Positions 29,253 through 37,995 are shown, numbered from the stretch's first letter. The stretch: DNA of 38,453 nucleotides from Dehalococcoidia bacterium (GCA_004377135.1 SOHS01000110.1:1-38453); one strand, 5' to 3'. Made by a program: numbers and translations. The notes: generated by a model from the letters alone, not told the origin.

Positions 29253-30452
29253 ATGAGAATAGAAAGCACCAGATACACTGAATGTCTTGGCTCAGTTCGG
29301 ATTAACGATGTACAGCAGGTATTGGAACTGGACTCTGGCAGAGCCAAAGAACTTCCCCCCCAAGAGAATATCGCTGTGCAAAAAATTGAGGAGGATGTTA
29401 TCAAGGACTTCGAAGAGAAAATGGCTATTGTCATCCCTACTAAGGACGAGAAACTCAAGCTCTTCGAAGGTGTTGTCAGTGGAGTCCCTCATGAGTGCCT
29501 GCTAATCGTAGTCTCTAACAGCCAGAGAAGGCGGGTTGACCGGTTCAGGATGGAGAAAGACGCATTGAACCAGTTCTGTCACTTTACTCGCCGTGAGGCT
29601 CTGATTATTCACCAGAAAGACCCCGTACTAGCCCGGGCTCTCGCTGAGGCTGGCTACACTGACATTTTAGGAGAGGATGGGTTGATAAGGGATGGCAAGG
29701 CTGAAGGCATGCTAGCTGCAATCCTTCTCGCTATGGTTGCCAAGAAAGATTTTGTTGGCTTTATCGATGCTGATAATTATTTTCCCGGCGCTGTATGGGA
29801 GTACGCCAGATGCTATGCTACCGGCTTCTGCATGGCTAAATCCGCTTATAGCATGGTCAGGGTTTTGTGGCGCTACAAGCCTAAAATTTCGGCAGGCATG
29901 TTTTTTAAGAGATGGGGTCGAGTATCAGAGATAACTAACAGGTGTATGAACTCCCTGATCTCAAGCAAAACCGGATTTGAAACTGAGATTATCAAGACAG
30001 GCAATGCCGGGGAGCATGCTATGAGCTTGAGACTGGCAGAGATACTCACTTATGCCTCAGGCTACGCTGTGGAACCTCAGGAACTTATATCTATCTTCGA
30101 AGGGTTTGGTGGTGTCTTACCCATGGCAAACCCTACCGCTGCCAAACATGGCGTTGAGATATTCCAGACCGAGACAAGGAACCCCCATCTCCATGAAGAA
30201 AGGGGTGGGCGGCATCTTCTGGTGGAAATGCTATTGCCAGGTCTGGGGTCTATCTATCACTCCCCACTCTGTGAAAAGGAGACCAAGCAGTTAATTATCA
30301 ACGAGCTTTTACAGCAGAATGCCATCCAGCCAGATGAAGAACCACCAAAACCACGCCTTATTACTCCACTGAGGGCTATCAACCTGAAGAAGTTCACCGC
30401 AGTTATGACGGAACACATGAACTCGTATTCAGCATTAGAGGAAGAGGAATGA
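29253..30452 (+). CDS. mpgS: mannosyl-3-phosphoglycerate synthase (GT55)
   Basis: 399 aa, collinear with archaeal MPGS as remembered. Blocks: MAIVIPTKDEKL, IIHQKDP, GFIDADNYFPGAV, WGRVSEITN, GNAGEHAM, ETRNPHLHEE, EEPPKP. Confidence 0.88.
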   Translation: MRIESTRYTECLGSVRINDVQQVLELDSGRAKELPPQENIAVQKIEEDVIKDFEEKMAIVIPTKDEKLKLFEGVVSGVPHECLLIVVSNSQRRRVDRFRMEKDALNQFCHFTRREALIIHQKDPVLARALAEAGYTDILGEDGLIRDGKAEGMLAAILLAMVAKKDFVGFIDADNYFPGAVWEYARCYATGFCMAKSAYSMVRVLWRYKPKISAGMFFKRWGRVSEITNRCMNSLISSKTGFETEIIKTGNAGEHAMSLRLAEILTYASGYAVEPQELISIFEGFGGVLPMANPTAAKHGVEIFQTETRNPHLHEERGGRHLLVEMLLPGLGSIYHSPLCEKETKQLIINELLQQNAIQPDEEPPKPRLITPLRAINLKKFTAVMTEHMNSYSALEEEE

Positions 30453-31543
30453 AAGCGGTCGTTCTTATCGGTGGGGAAGGGACGAGGCTACGTCCACTAA
30501 CCTTCAATACCCCCAAGGCGATTATGCCTATCCTGAACCGTCCTTTCTTGGAGCACTTGCTGGGCTACTTGAAAGAGCACGGAGTTGCCGACGCTATTCT
30601 CGCCATGGGTTATCTCCCTGACCCAATCCAAAGCTGTTTAGGCGATGGTACTCAACTCGGAGTTCGGCTCACCTACCTGGTGGAGGAGTCGCCTCTGGGC
30701 ACAGCCGGAGCAGTGAAGAATGCTGAATCATACCTGGATGGGCCATTCTTTGTTTTCAACGGAGACATTATCACCGGGATAGACTTGACTGCTATGATGA
30801 AACGCCACAAAGAAGTTAAGCCCAAAGTTAGCATAGCACTGACACCGGTAGATAATCCTACTATATACGGGGTAGTGGAGACTGATACCCGGGGCATGGT
30901 ACAGCGCTTTGTTGAGAAGCCGACCTGGGACAAGGTCACCACTAACATGATAAACGCCGGCATCTACATCCTGGAGCCTGAGGTCTTAGCACATATCCCA
31001 GCATCAACTCCGTCTATGTTTGAGAATTATCTCTTTCCGAGACTTCTTGAGATAGGTGAGCCTATCTTGGGCTATCCTTCTGACGCCTATTGGATTGATA
31101 TCGGTACGCCGGAGAAATATCTAAAGGCAAACCATGACTTGCTTTTACAGCAGGCTGGTAGAGGCATTCAAGCTAAAGGAAAGAGTCAGTTCCATCCTAC
31201 TGCCCAAATTGAGGGGCCGGTTTTGATTGCCGAAGGATGTATTATTGCTGAGGACGCCAAGCTAAAAGGGCCCGTCGTTCTAGGGCCGCATTGTGAAATT
31301 GGCAAAGGCGCAGTAGTGCAAGGAGCGGTACTGTGGCACCACTCGAGAGTGGGTGAGAAAGCAATACTCAGGAATTGCGTAGTTTGCTCCCATAGCTATG
31401 TGGAACAAGGCAGCCATGTTCCCGATAACTGCGTACTGGGCGATAGTGTTACAGTTGCTTCAGGAAACATATTGGATAAAGGTACCCAGGTCTGGCCGGA
31501 TGGCTATGCTGAGTCAAATGCAACTCAACCCTTAGTATCATGA
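30449..31543 (+). CDS. mannose-1-phosphate guanylyltransferase (NDP-sugar pyrophosphorylase with C-terminal left-handed beta-helix)
   Basis: 364 aa. N-terminal GGEGTRLRPLT signature. Its ATG overlaps the mpgS TGA (ATGA). Confidence 0.8.
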   Translation: MKAVVLIGGEGTRLRPLTFNTPKAIMPILNRPFLEHLLGYLKEHGVADAILAMGYLPDPIQSCLGDGTQLGVRLTYLVEESPLGTAGAVKNAESYLDGPFFVFNGDIITGIDLTAMMKRHKEVKPKVSIALTPVDNPTIYGVVETDTRGMVQRFVEKPTWDKVTTNMINAGIYILEPEVLAHIPASTPSMFENYLFPRLLEIGEPILGYPSDAYWIDIGTPEKYLKANHDLLLQQAGRGIQAKGKSQFHPTAQIEGPVLIAEGCIIAEDAKLKGPVVLGPHCEIGKGAVVQGAVLWHHSRVGEKAILRNCVVCSHSYVEQGSHVPDNCVLGDSVTVASGNILDKGTQVWPDGYAESNATQPLVS

Positions 31544-31643
31544 TTTGGCTAACCCCCGCTTTAAATCTGATAGTCAGCAAACACACCAACTTAATCAATG
31601 TTCTGGATTCGACCCCTAAAGCCAGAAAGGAATTTGAGTTTAT

Positions 31644-33335
31644 ATGTGCCCTATTTGTGGTATTGTAAGTCGGAATGATGAAGATGTGAGCAGCCAGATA
31701 CACTCTCCGATGAGTACACTGTGTAGCAATAGTTCTGCCGAGGCCTGGCTTGTTTCCGAGGGAGTGTCATACAGATGGCCAATGGATGCTCAGGCAATAA
31801 GAAGACAGGCCCTGGGGCAGGTCTCGTTTGCCACCAGGGAACAAGGCTCAGTAAGGCCTGGCTTTAATCACAACGGCAATTTATCCGTGCTTTGTGAGGG
31901 TAATCTCTATAATAGTGAGAATCTAAGATTGAGCCTCGCCTCGAAGCAGAAACCAGCTAGCGGAAGTACAGCCGAGATAGTAGCTTACTTGCTGTCAGAA
32001 AGATATCAGGGAGACCTGGTTGATGCACTAAAACAGGTGTCGCCCATGCTCGATGGCGAATTCTGTCTGGCAGCAAGTGATGGGAAGCAAGTTGTGCTCA
32101 CGAGGGATTTTGCCGGCCTCAGGCCGGCATGCTATGCCGAAAACAACAAAATTTTTGCCTTTGCCTCAAGGAAGACGGCTCTATGGGAGATAGGGCTGCG
32201 TAATGTAAGACCCCTGCGAGCAGGAATGATTGCTTCTTTTGGCAAAGATGGCATTATTCTTGATAAAGCCTACCCATTGAGCAAGATGAATATTCAAGTG
32301 ACCATCACCGACCTGGCTGAAGCTGTTGACAGCTACTGCGCCCTGCTTAAGGCGGCTGTTGAGAGGAGATTATACAATGTTAAAAGAGTAGCAGCGCTCG
32401 TTTCAGGAGGTGTAGACAGTTGCCTGATAGCTAAGCTTGTCTCAGACATGTCCGCAATGAGGGGCATTGAGGTAACCACTTATACTGCTGGCGTAGAGGG
32501 GGCGACTGATATTGAATATGCCAAACGCTTTGCTCAAGAGCTGGGGCTAAAGCATAAGGTGAGGAGGCTGAGCCAGGATGAGATTGAGTCATACATACCC
32601 CGAGTAGCTGCTGCTGTTGAGGAGAGGGACTTTGTACAAATTGAAGCCGGTATCGGAGTCTATGCCGCGGTGGAGATGGCAAGCCAAGATGGTCTCAAGG
32701 TAATCTTCTCAGGTCAGGGTCCAGATGAGCTATGGGGAGGCTACAGCTGGTATCCTCAAGTTATTGCCAAAGATGGCTATGACAGTCTTCTGCAGAATAT
32801 GTGGGGTGATTTAGAGAGAGCCGACGTGGAGACCTTTGACAGGGAGAACCGAATTGCTATGGCACACGGGGTGGAAAAGGTGTTCCCTTACGTTGATATT
32901 AATGTAGTCAAGCTGGCAATGAGCGTGTCGCCTCACCTCAAGATTACCTCTACTGAAGACAGGATTGGCAAGCGTCCCCATCGGGAGGCAGCCAAAAGGC
33001 TTGGACTACCTGCGCAATATGCTGACCGAAGTAAAGAAGCAGCCCAGCATGGTACAGGAATTCATGGTACCCTTGACGCAATAGCACGCAAGAATGGCTT
33101 TACTCCTGAGTTAGTGGAGCATGTTGGGTATGCTAGTGATAAAGTGAGCCAGGAAAAGTTAGCCAGTTCCACCCGTTACGGCTACCTATATGCAGAAAAG
33201 GAGCTCTGGCAGATACCCCAGCACATTCAGTTCTTCTTTGACTCGGTAGCGTACAGGAGTAACCTGCTCAATGAAGCGGAAAGGTCAAGGATAGAGCAAT
33301 TTCTAAAGAAGGCAAGTATTTGTTTAAACCAATGA
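31644..33335 (+). CDS. asparagine-synthetase-family (AsnB-like) ATP-dependent amidotransferase, atypical glutaminase domain
   Basis: 563 aa. N-terminus MCPICGIV, then EGNLYN and LTRDFAGLRP blocks. PP-loop AALVSGGVDSC. C-terminal SKEAAQHGTGIHG. Confidence 0.75.
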   Translation: MCPICGIVSRNDEDVSSQIHSPMSTLCSNSSAEAWLVSEGVSYRWPMDAQAIRRQALGQVSFATREQGSVRPGFNHNGNLSVLCEGNLYNSENLRLSLASKQKPASGSTAEIVAYLLSERYQGDLVDALKQVSPMLDGEFCLAASDGKQVVLTRDFAGLRPACYAENNKIFAFASRKTALWEIGLRNVRPLRAGMIASFGKDGIILDKAYPLSKMNIQVTITDLAEAVDSYCALLKAAVERRLYNVKRVAALVSGGVDSCLIAKLVSDMSAMRGIEVTTYTAGVEGATDIEYAKRFAQELGLKHKVRRLSQDEIESYIPRVAAAVEERDFVQIEAGIGVYAAVEMASQDGLKVIFSGQGPDELWGGYSWYPQVIAKDGYDSLLQNMWGDLERADVETFDRENRIAMAHGVEKVFPYVDINVVKLAMSVSPHLKITSTEDRIGKRPHREAAKRLGLPAQYADRSKEAAQHGTGIHGTLDAIARKNGFTPELVEHVGYASDKVSQEKLASSTRYGYLYAEKELWQIPQHIQFFFDSVAYRSNLLNEAERSRIEQFLKKASICLNQ

Positions 33336-33375
33336 ATGATGCCAAGCTGGGATTCGTTCATGGGCAGGGTTAAGA

Positions 33376-34197
33376 TTGATGAAGTTGAAACCAGTTATTT
33401 TCACCGACTTAGATGGTACTTTGCTAGACCTGGAAACTTACTCTTATGAAAGAGCTTTGCCATCCATAGAGTATTTACGAAGCCAGGAGGTACCTATTAT
33501 CTTCTGCTCGGCCAAGACCAGAGCTGAGCAAGAGGTATATCGAAAAGAGTTGCAGATAAACGACCCATTCATTGTGGAAAATGGAGGGGCGGTCTTCATT
33601 TCTCAAGGCTATTTCCCGTTTGATTTTGAGTATCATAAAGCTAAGGATAGTTACCAGGTAATTGAACTCGGCATCCCCTATCACCGAATCAGAGAGATTT
33701 TGGTACAGATAAGGGATGATACCGGGGTCAATTTTAGAGGTTTTGGTGATATGAGTGCGGAGGAAGTAGCATCATTGACGAACTTGGATCTCGGAGCCGC
33801 ACAGCGAGCCAAAGCCAAAGAGTATGACGAAACCCTTAATCTTCAGGGAATACCGGACGAGATTAATAGAGTGCTAAATGCGATAAGGAAAATGGGCCTC
33901 AATTATACATCTGGCAGCCGCTATTGTGACGTCACCGGTCCAAATGACAAAGGAAAGGCAACAAGAATCCTCATTGACTTATTCAACAGAAAATCAGGAC
34001 AAATAAAGACAATAGCCATAGGTGATAGCCCTAATGACTTGCCTATGCTCTCAGCAGTGGACATCCCCGTCTTGGTACAAAAGCCGGGAGGGACTTGGGA
34101 AGAGATAGATATACCTCATCTCCACAGGGTGGAGGGGATTGGCCCGGAGGGCTGGGCAAGGGCTGTTGAGGAAATAATCGAACAGGGAATGGCCTAG
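33376..34197 (+). CDS. mpgP: mannosyl-3-phosphoglycerate phosphatase (HAD-IIB, YedP-like)
   Basis: 273 aa. HAD motif I FTDLDGTLL and motif IV GDSPNDLPML. Context with mpgS. Confidence 0.8.
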   Translation: MMKLKPVIFTDLDGTLLDLETYSYERALPSIEYLRSQEVPIIFCSAKTRAEQEVYRKELQINDPFIVENGGAVFISQGYFPFDFEYHKAKDSYQVIELGIPYHRIREILVQIRDDTGVNFRGFGDMSAEEVASLTNLDLGAAQRAKAKEYDETLNLQGIPDEINRVLNAIRKMGLNYTSGSRYCDVTGPNDKGKATRILIDLFNRKSGQIKTIAIGDSPNDLPMLSAVDIPVLVQKPGGTWEEIDIPHLHRVEGIGPEGWARAVEEIIEQGMA

Positions 34198-34320
34198 TCT
34201 TCGGAGATCAGTATTGAAAGCTGGAGTAATTCAAATTGGCCTTTGCCATGAAATAGGAACAAACATGGAATAGAATTTGCTTTTGATTAATACTTTATCT
34301 CTATTGATATTGTACAAACC

Positions 34321-34333
34321 GGCAAATATTGCC
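34321..34333 (-). terminator. short hairpin after the oxidoreductase gamma subunit
   Basis: Minus strand reads GGCAA-TAT-TTGCC followed by GGTTTGT. The T tract is weak. Confidence 0.25.
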
Positions 34334-34905
34334 TAGACCTCTACAGGGCCTTCGAGTTCTTGAAATGCGATGTGTTTCTTCAAATCCCTACCCAGCTTGA
34401 CCCCTTCCCGGAAGGCGACCAGATTCGACCGGATAGTTCCCTGAGGCATCCTTTTAGCAATGGCTTTATGGATAGAGTGGGTAGAAAACCAAGGGCAGAA
34501 AGGTGCCAATACCCCCACAGCCAACATATTGGCAAATTTCTGCTCTTTATATGTATTTTGAGACAATCTAGAAAAAGGCGCTCTTACTACATTCACCCAA
34601 AATACACTATTCACCAAATCAGCGTCTACTATGACCAAGCCCTGAGGCTTCATATCGCGCAGGTTTTCGTCACAAGCCCTCTGATTGAAGGCCAGTAATA
34701 TGTCCAAGCCCAGCGTCTTAGGATAATCTATTTCGGCATCGCTGATGATTACCTCTGAGACGGAAGTCCCGCCGCGGGCTTCGGGACCATAGTTTTGACT
34801 TTGGATAACATAGTATCCCTTAAAGATACCTGCTTCAGCTAGGATGATTCCTGCTATTATGATTCCTTGTCCCCCGCTGCCGGCAATTCTTATTTCATAG
34901 CGCAT
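34333..34905 (-). CDS. 2-oxoacid:ferredoxin oxidoreductase, gamma subunit
   Basis: 190 aa. Contains IRIAGSGGQGIIIAG and PEARGG. Confidence 0.88.
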   Translation of the reverse strand: MRYEIRIAGSGGQGIIIAGIILAEAGIFKGYYVIQSQNYGPEARGGTSVSEVIISDAEIDYPKTLGLDILLAFNQRACDENLRDMKPQGLVIVDADLVNSVFWVNVVRAPFSRLSQNTYKEQKFANMLAVGVLAPFCPWFSTHSIHKAIAKRMPQGTIRSNLVAFREGVKLGRDLKKHIAFQELEGPVEV

Positions 34906-35734
34906 TGTCTTCCAACCTGCATTTCGCTATCAGTTTTTCATACATTTCATGGTATGCCGGCGCCTTTCTATCTACCAGCACGCCAATTACTATTTTTTGT
35001 CTAAGCTCTTCCTCCCCAAGGTCCTTTGCTTTCTCTACCCGTACTGCGTTGTCTCTCTGCCACTTCATCATTTCCACTGGTGATTCCAAGCCTATCTCCC
35101 GACCAAAGTACGTCGTACAATGAGAGACGACTTCAACCACGGAAAATCCTTCCTTACCAATAGCCATCCCGATTATTTCTTCAAGGAGGCGAGCGTGATA
35201 AACAGTAGACCGTGCCACAAAGGTGGCTCCAGCTTCCCTGGCTAGTCCACAGATGTCAAAGGGGGATTCTAGGTTTCCGTGGGGAGAAGAGCTTGTCTTT
35301 AGCCCAAAAGGGGTAGTAGGAGAAAATTGCCCGCCAGTCATGCCATATGTTTGGTTGTTGATGATTATTGAGGTAATTCCGATGTTCCTTCTAGCGGCAT
35401 GTATAAAATGGTTCCCCCCGATAGCGGTAGCATCCCCGTCCCCCATAACTACAATTACTTTGAGAGATGGATTGGCCAGTTTTATCCCGGTAGCAAAGGT
35501 AAGCGCTCTGCCATGGGTAGTATGCAAAGTATTGAAGTCCACATAGGTTGGCAACCGGCCGGAACACCCTATCCCAGAAATAAGGACGACGTCGTCCTTA
35601 CCATACCCACCGCCATCAATGGCTCTGATGAGTGCACCGAGCAGGATACCAATACCACAACCGGGACACCAGATATGTGGGAACCTCTTACTCGAGCGAA
35701 GGTATTTGTAAATCAGATGTTCACGTTCTTTCAA
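34895..35734 (-). CDS. 2-oxoacid:ferredoxin oxidoreductase, beta (TPP-binding) subunit
   Basis: 279 aa. Contains WCPGCG, GIGCSG and GDGDATAIGGNH. Confidence 0.9.
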   Translation of the reverse strand: MKEREHLIYKYLRSSKRFPHIWCPGCGIGILLGALIRAIDGGGYGKDDVVLISGIGCSGRLPTYVDFNTLHTTHGRALTFATGIKLANPSLKVIVVMGDGDATAIGGNHFIHAARRNIGITSIIINNQTYGMTGGQFSPTTPFGLKTSSSPHGNLESPFDICGLAREAGATFVARSTVYHARLLEEIIGMAIGKEGFSVVEVVSHCTTYFGREIGLESPVEMMKWQRDNAVRVEKAKDLGEEELRQKIVIGVLVDRKAPAYHEMYEKLIAKCRLEDNAL

Positions 35735-36879
35735 GGGTAAATATCCTCCAAGCTTCTCAGTATCTCTTTGGGGGAAATCATAGTTCCATCTACTTTATTT
35801 AATGTCACTATTTCACATCCTCCCTGACTAACTCTCTTGACCTCCCGTGACAGTTGCCCCATGTTCATCTCAGGGACAAGCACCTTTGCCGAGCTTTGCA
35901 AAAACCTTATTACAGTATGGCGCATGAATGGCCAGAGCACTTTAAGCTTGATTAGTCCTACCTTTAGCCCTTTTTCTCTGGCTTCCTTTACTGCGTGTAG
36001 CGCTGACCTAGCTACCGAACCATAAGCGATAATAGTGACCACGGAATCGTCAGCCTGGTACGAATCGAACCATTGAAGGAGGTGGAAATCTTTGGAAATC
36101 TTGCTGAAAAGACGGTCGATGAGGGTTCCCACTTCATCACTACGTGTCGTTGGGTAACCCCGTATATCGTGGGCTAAACCCGTTACATGATAACGGTATC
36201 CCTCACCGAAGGCAGGCATGGGAGGTACGCCTGTCTGTCTATCATCGTAGGGCGTGTACCACTCCGGAGGAACGTTAGGTTTACGTCTCTCCTCAACAAC
36301 TAGCTCGTCGCTTGGTGGAAGAATAACGCTTTCCCGCGTATGAGCGGTTACCTCGTCCGTCAGTAATATCACCGGAATGCGATACCTTTCTGAAAGGTTG
36401 AAAGCTTTTATGGTAAGGTCAAAGAACTCGTATGTTGACGAAGGACAGAGGACGATTATTGGGTGGTCGCCATGGGCTCCCCAGCGTGCCTGCATAACAT
36501 CGCCCTGGGCCGGTAGAGTAGGCAGCCCAGTGCTAGGACCGCCTCGCATCACATCCACTATCACACAAGGAACCTCTGCCATACAGGCGAAGCTTATATG
36601 CTCCTGCATCAAGGAGAACCCCGGGCTACTGGTAGCAGTCATGCTCTTGAGTCCAGTTAGTGAGGCTCCAATTACTGCTCCTAAACTAGCGATCTCGTCT
36701 TCCATCTGGATGAAGACGCCGCCCGCTTTGGGAAGCTGCCGGGACATTTGCTCCATGATTTCAGTAGCTGGCGTAATTGGGTAGCCGGCATAGAAACGGC
36801 AACCGGCTATAAGTGCTCCACGAACACAGGCCTCGCTACCCTGAAGTAGAATGCGGTCACTCTTTCTGGTTCTTTTCAT
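35731..36879 (-). CDS. 2-oxoacid:ferredoxin oxidoreductase, alpha subunit
   Basis: 382 aa. Contains GSEACVRGALIAGCRFYAGYPITP. Confidence 0.9.
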   Translation of the reverse strand: MKRTRKSDRILLQGSEACVRGALIAGCRFYAGYPITPATEIMEQMSRQLPKAGGVFIQMEDEIASLGAVIGASLTGLKSMTATSSPGFSLMQEHISFACMAEVPCVIVDVMRGGPSTGLPTLPAQGDVMQARWGAHGDHPIIVLCPSSTYEFFDLTIKAFNLSERYRIPVILLTDEVTAHTRESVILPPSDELVVEERRKPNVPPEWYTPYDDRQTGVPPMPAFGEGYRYHVTGLAHDIRGYPTTRSDEVGTLIDRLFSKISKDFHLLQWFDSYQADDSVVTIIAYGSVARSALHAVKEAREKGLKVGLIKLKVLWPFMRHTVIRFLQSSAKVLVPEMNMGQLSREVKRVSQGGCEIVTLNKVDGTMISPKEILRSLEDIYP

Positions 36880-37081
36880 CTCCTGACACTATGATGGCAA
36901 AATCGGGGCATCTTATGTCGCACCAGTCACATCCTTTGCACTTTTCTGGGGCTCTGACAAAGGGATAGCCTTCCTCGTTAATGTCTAACACGCCAAGTGG
37001 GCAGAATGCCACACAGATACCACATTTCTTACACCAATCTTTATAAATTTCCACTCGGTTCTTCATTATTTCTATACCCAA
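36857..37081 (-). CDS. 2-oxoacid:ferredoxin oxidoreductase, delta subunit (2x[4Fe-4S] ferredoxin)
   Basis: Contains CKKCGICVAFCP and CKGCDWCDIRCP. The ORF-track start is a TTG; the ATG at 37066 (MKNRVEIY) is the more likely start. Confidence 0.85.
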   Translation of the reverse strand: MGIEIMKNRVEIYKDWCKKCGICVAFCPLGVLDINEEGYPFVRAPEKCKGCDWCDIRCPDFAIIVSGDEKNQKE

Positions 37082-37276
37082 GGTGCTTGCATCAAGAAAT
37101 GGTGCCCAAGCAGGTAATCTTTACCATACATTTTCCTTCGGGAAATCCATTTGCTCGACAAAATACTCGTTAAAATCATGACGAAAAGAGAGTTCAATGT
37201 GCTCGATGAAATCGATGAGGTCTCGGGCATCAGATCAATCGCCATAGTCTCAGTTGTACACTTAACCAGCATTAAT

Positions 37277-37305
37277 AGCGTAAATGATTGGGCCTATGAT
37301 GTCAA
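37277..37305 (-). promoter_or_regulatory. candidate promoter of the oxidoreductase operon (TTGACA-N17-TACGCT)
   Basis: Minus strand reads TTGACA TCATAGGCCCAATCATT TACGCT. It implies a leader of about 200 nt. Confidence 0.25.
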
Positions 37306-37477
37306 TGACTACTACAAGTATATGTGGGGAATATCTGTCGCCCACCGTGTTAGCGACAAGTAATTGTTACTTTTGTAGTATAGATTGTGTCCAATTAGAC
37401 CGTCGTGCTTCAAATCTTACGTTGAAATTGGCAAGTATTTGCAACTGCTTACTTCTTGGGTAGTCTGTCTGACAATG

Positions 37478-37502
37478 AAAAAAACCGCCGATATATCGAC
37501 AG
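37478..37502 (-). terminator. rho-independent terminator following the tRNA-Gly fragment
   Basis: Minus strand reads CTGTCGATATATCGGCGG followed by TTTTTTT. Confidence 0.45.
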
Positions 37503-37516
37503 ATTCTGAAGCCATG

Positions 37517-37562
37517 TGGAGCGGGAGACGGGACTCGAACCCGCGACACCCTGCTTGGAAGG
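37517..37562 (-). pseudogene. 3' fragment of tRNA-Gly(UCC): anticodon loop through CCA, 5' half absent
   Basis: Minus strand reads C CTTCCAA GCAGG GTGTC GCGGG TTCGAGT CCCGT CTCCCGC T CCA, a perfect tRNA-Gly 3' portion. The upstream sequence (..AGTAATATT) cannot form the anticodon, D or acceptor 5' strands. Confidence 0.7.
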
Positions 37563-37770
37563 AATATTACTCTAAACGGTGTGGCATAAACATACATAAG
37601 GCAAGCGAAAGTTGTCCAGTTATCATCTGGAAAAAGCACGGATGTTGTTGGGATAGCAACCCGTCCCAAACATTTTAACGTCAAAATAACGTCAATTTTT
37701 CAGGTATATCTTGGAGTTCTACGGGGCACCGGTTTCTTGGGGACAAGAGTCTTAGTAAGCTTTTTAAGGG

Positions 37771-37995
37771 CTACGGTGCTGCCTCGATCAGATTCCATTT
37801 GGCGAGCTCGACCTCAAGGCCCACGGCGACCACGGTGCCATCGGACTTAAGCCCTATCGTCCGTTTATAGCGTGCGGAGATGATAGGGTTGACCCCAAAG
37901 TTGGTGGTGATAGAGTAGTTGCCACTCATGGTGATGGTGGTTGAGGCAGCATATACATCGGCGATGGTGCATACATCGCCGATCCAGTTGACAAA
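37771..37995 (-). pseudogene. possible 3' remnant of an RCC1-repeat-like gene
   Basis: Open frame without a usable start: FVNWIGDVCTIADVYAASTTITMSGNYSITTNFGVNPIISARYKRTIGLKSDGTVVAVGLEVELAKWNLIEAAP then a stop. GLKSDGTVVAVG is the typical bacterial RCC1-like blade motif. The frame is closed by a TGA at 37996-37998, inside the arsR promoter region. Confidence 0.3.

Noticed and set aside
37151-37363. 70-aa plus-strand ORF (MLDKILVKIMTKREFNVLDEIDEV...) between korD and the tRNA-Gly fragment.
   Set aside because: It has a TTG start, no Shine-Dalgarno and no family recognised. It overlaps the candidate kor promoter on the other strand. I cannot exclude a small accessory gene or a decayed island gene, but the evidence is insufficient to call it.
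37517-37900. Intron-split (group I) or permuted tRNA-Gly, with the 5' half located upstream.
   Set aside because: No CTCCCGC on the plus strand (the complement of the required GCGGGAG 5' acceptor strand) and no D-arm sequence occurs anywhere between 37563 and the window end. The fragment is better explained as an att-type remnant.
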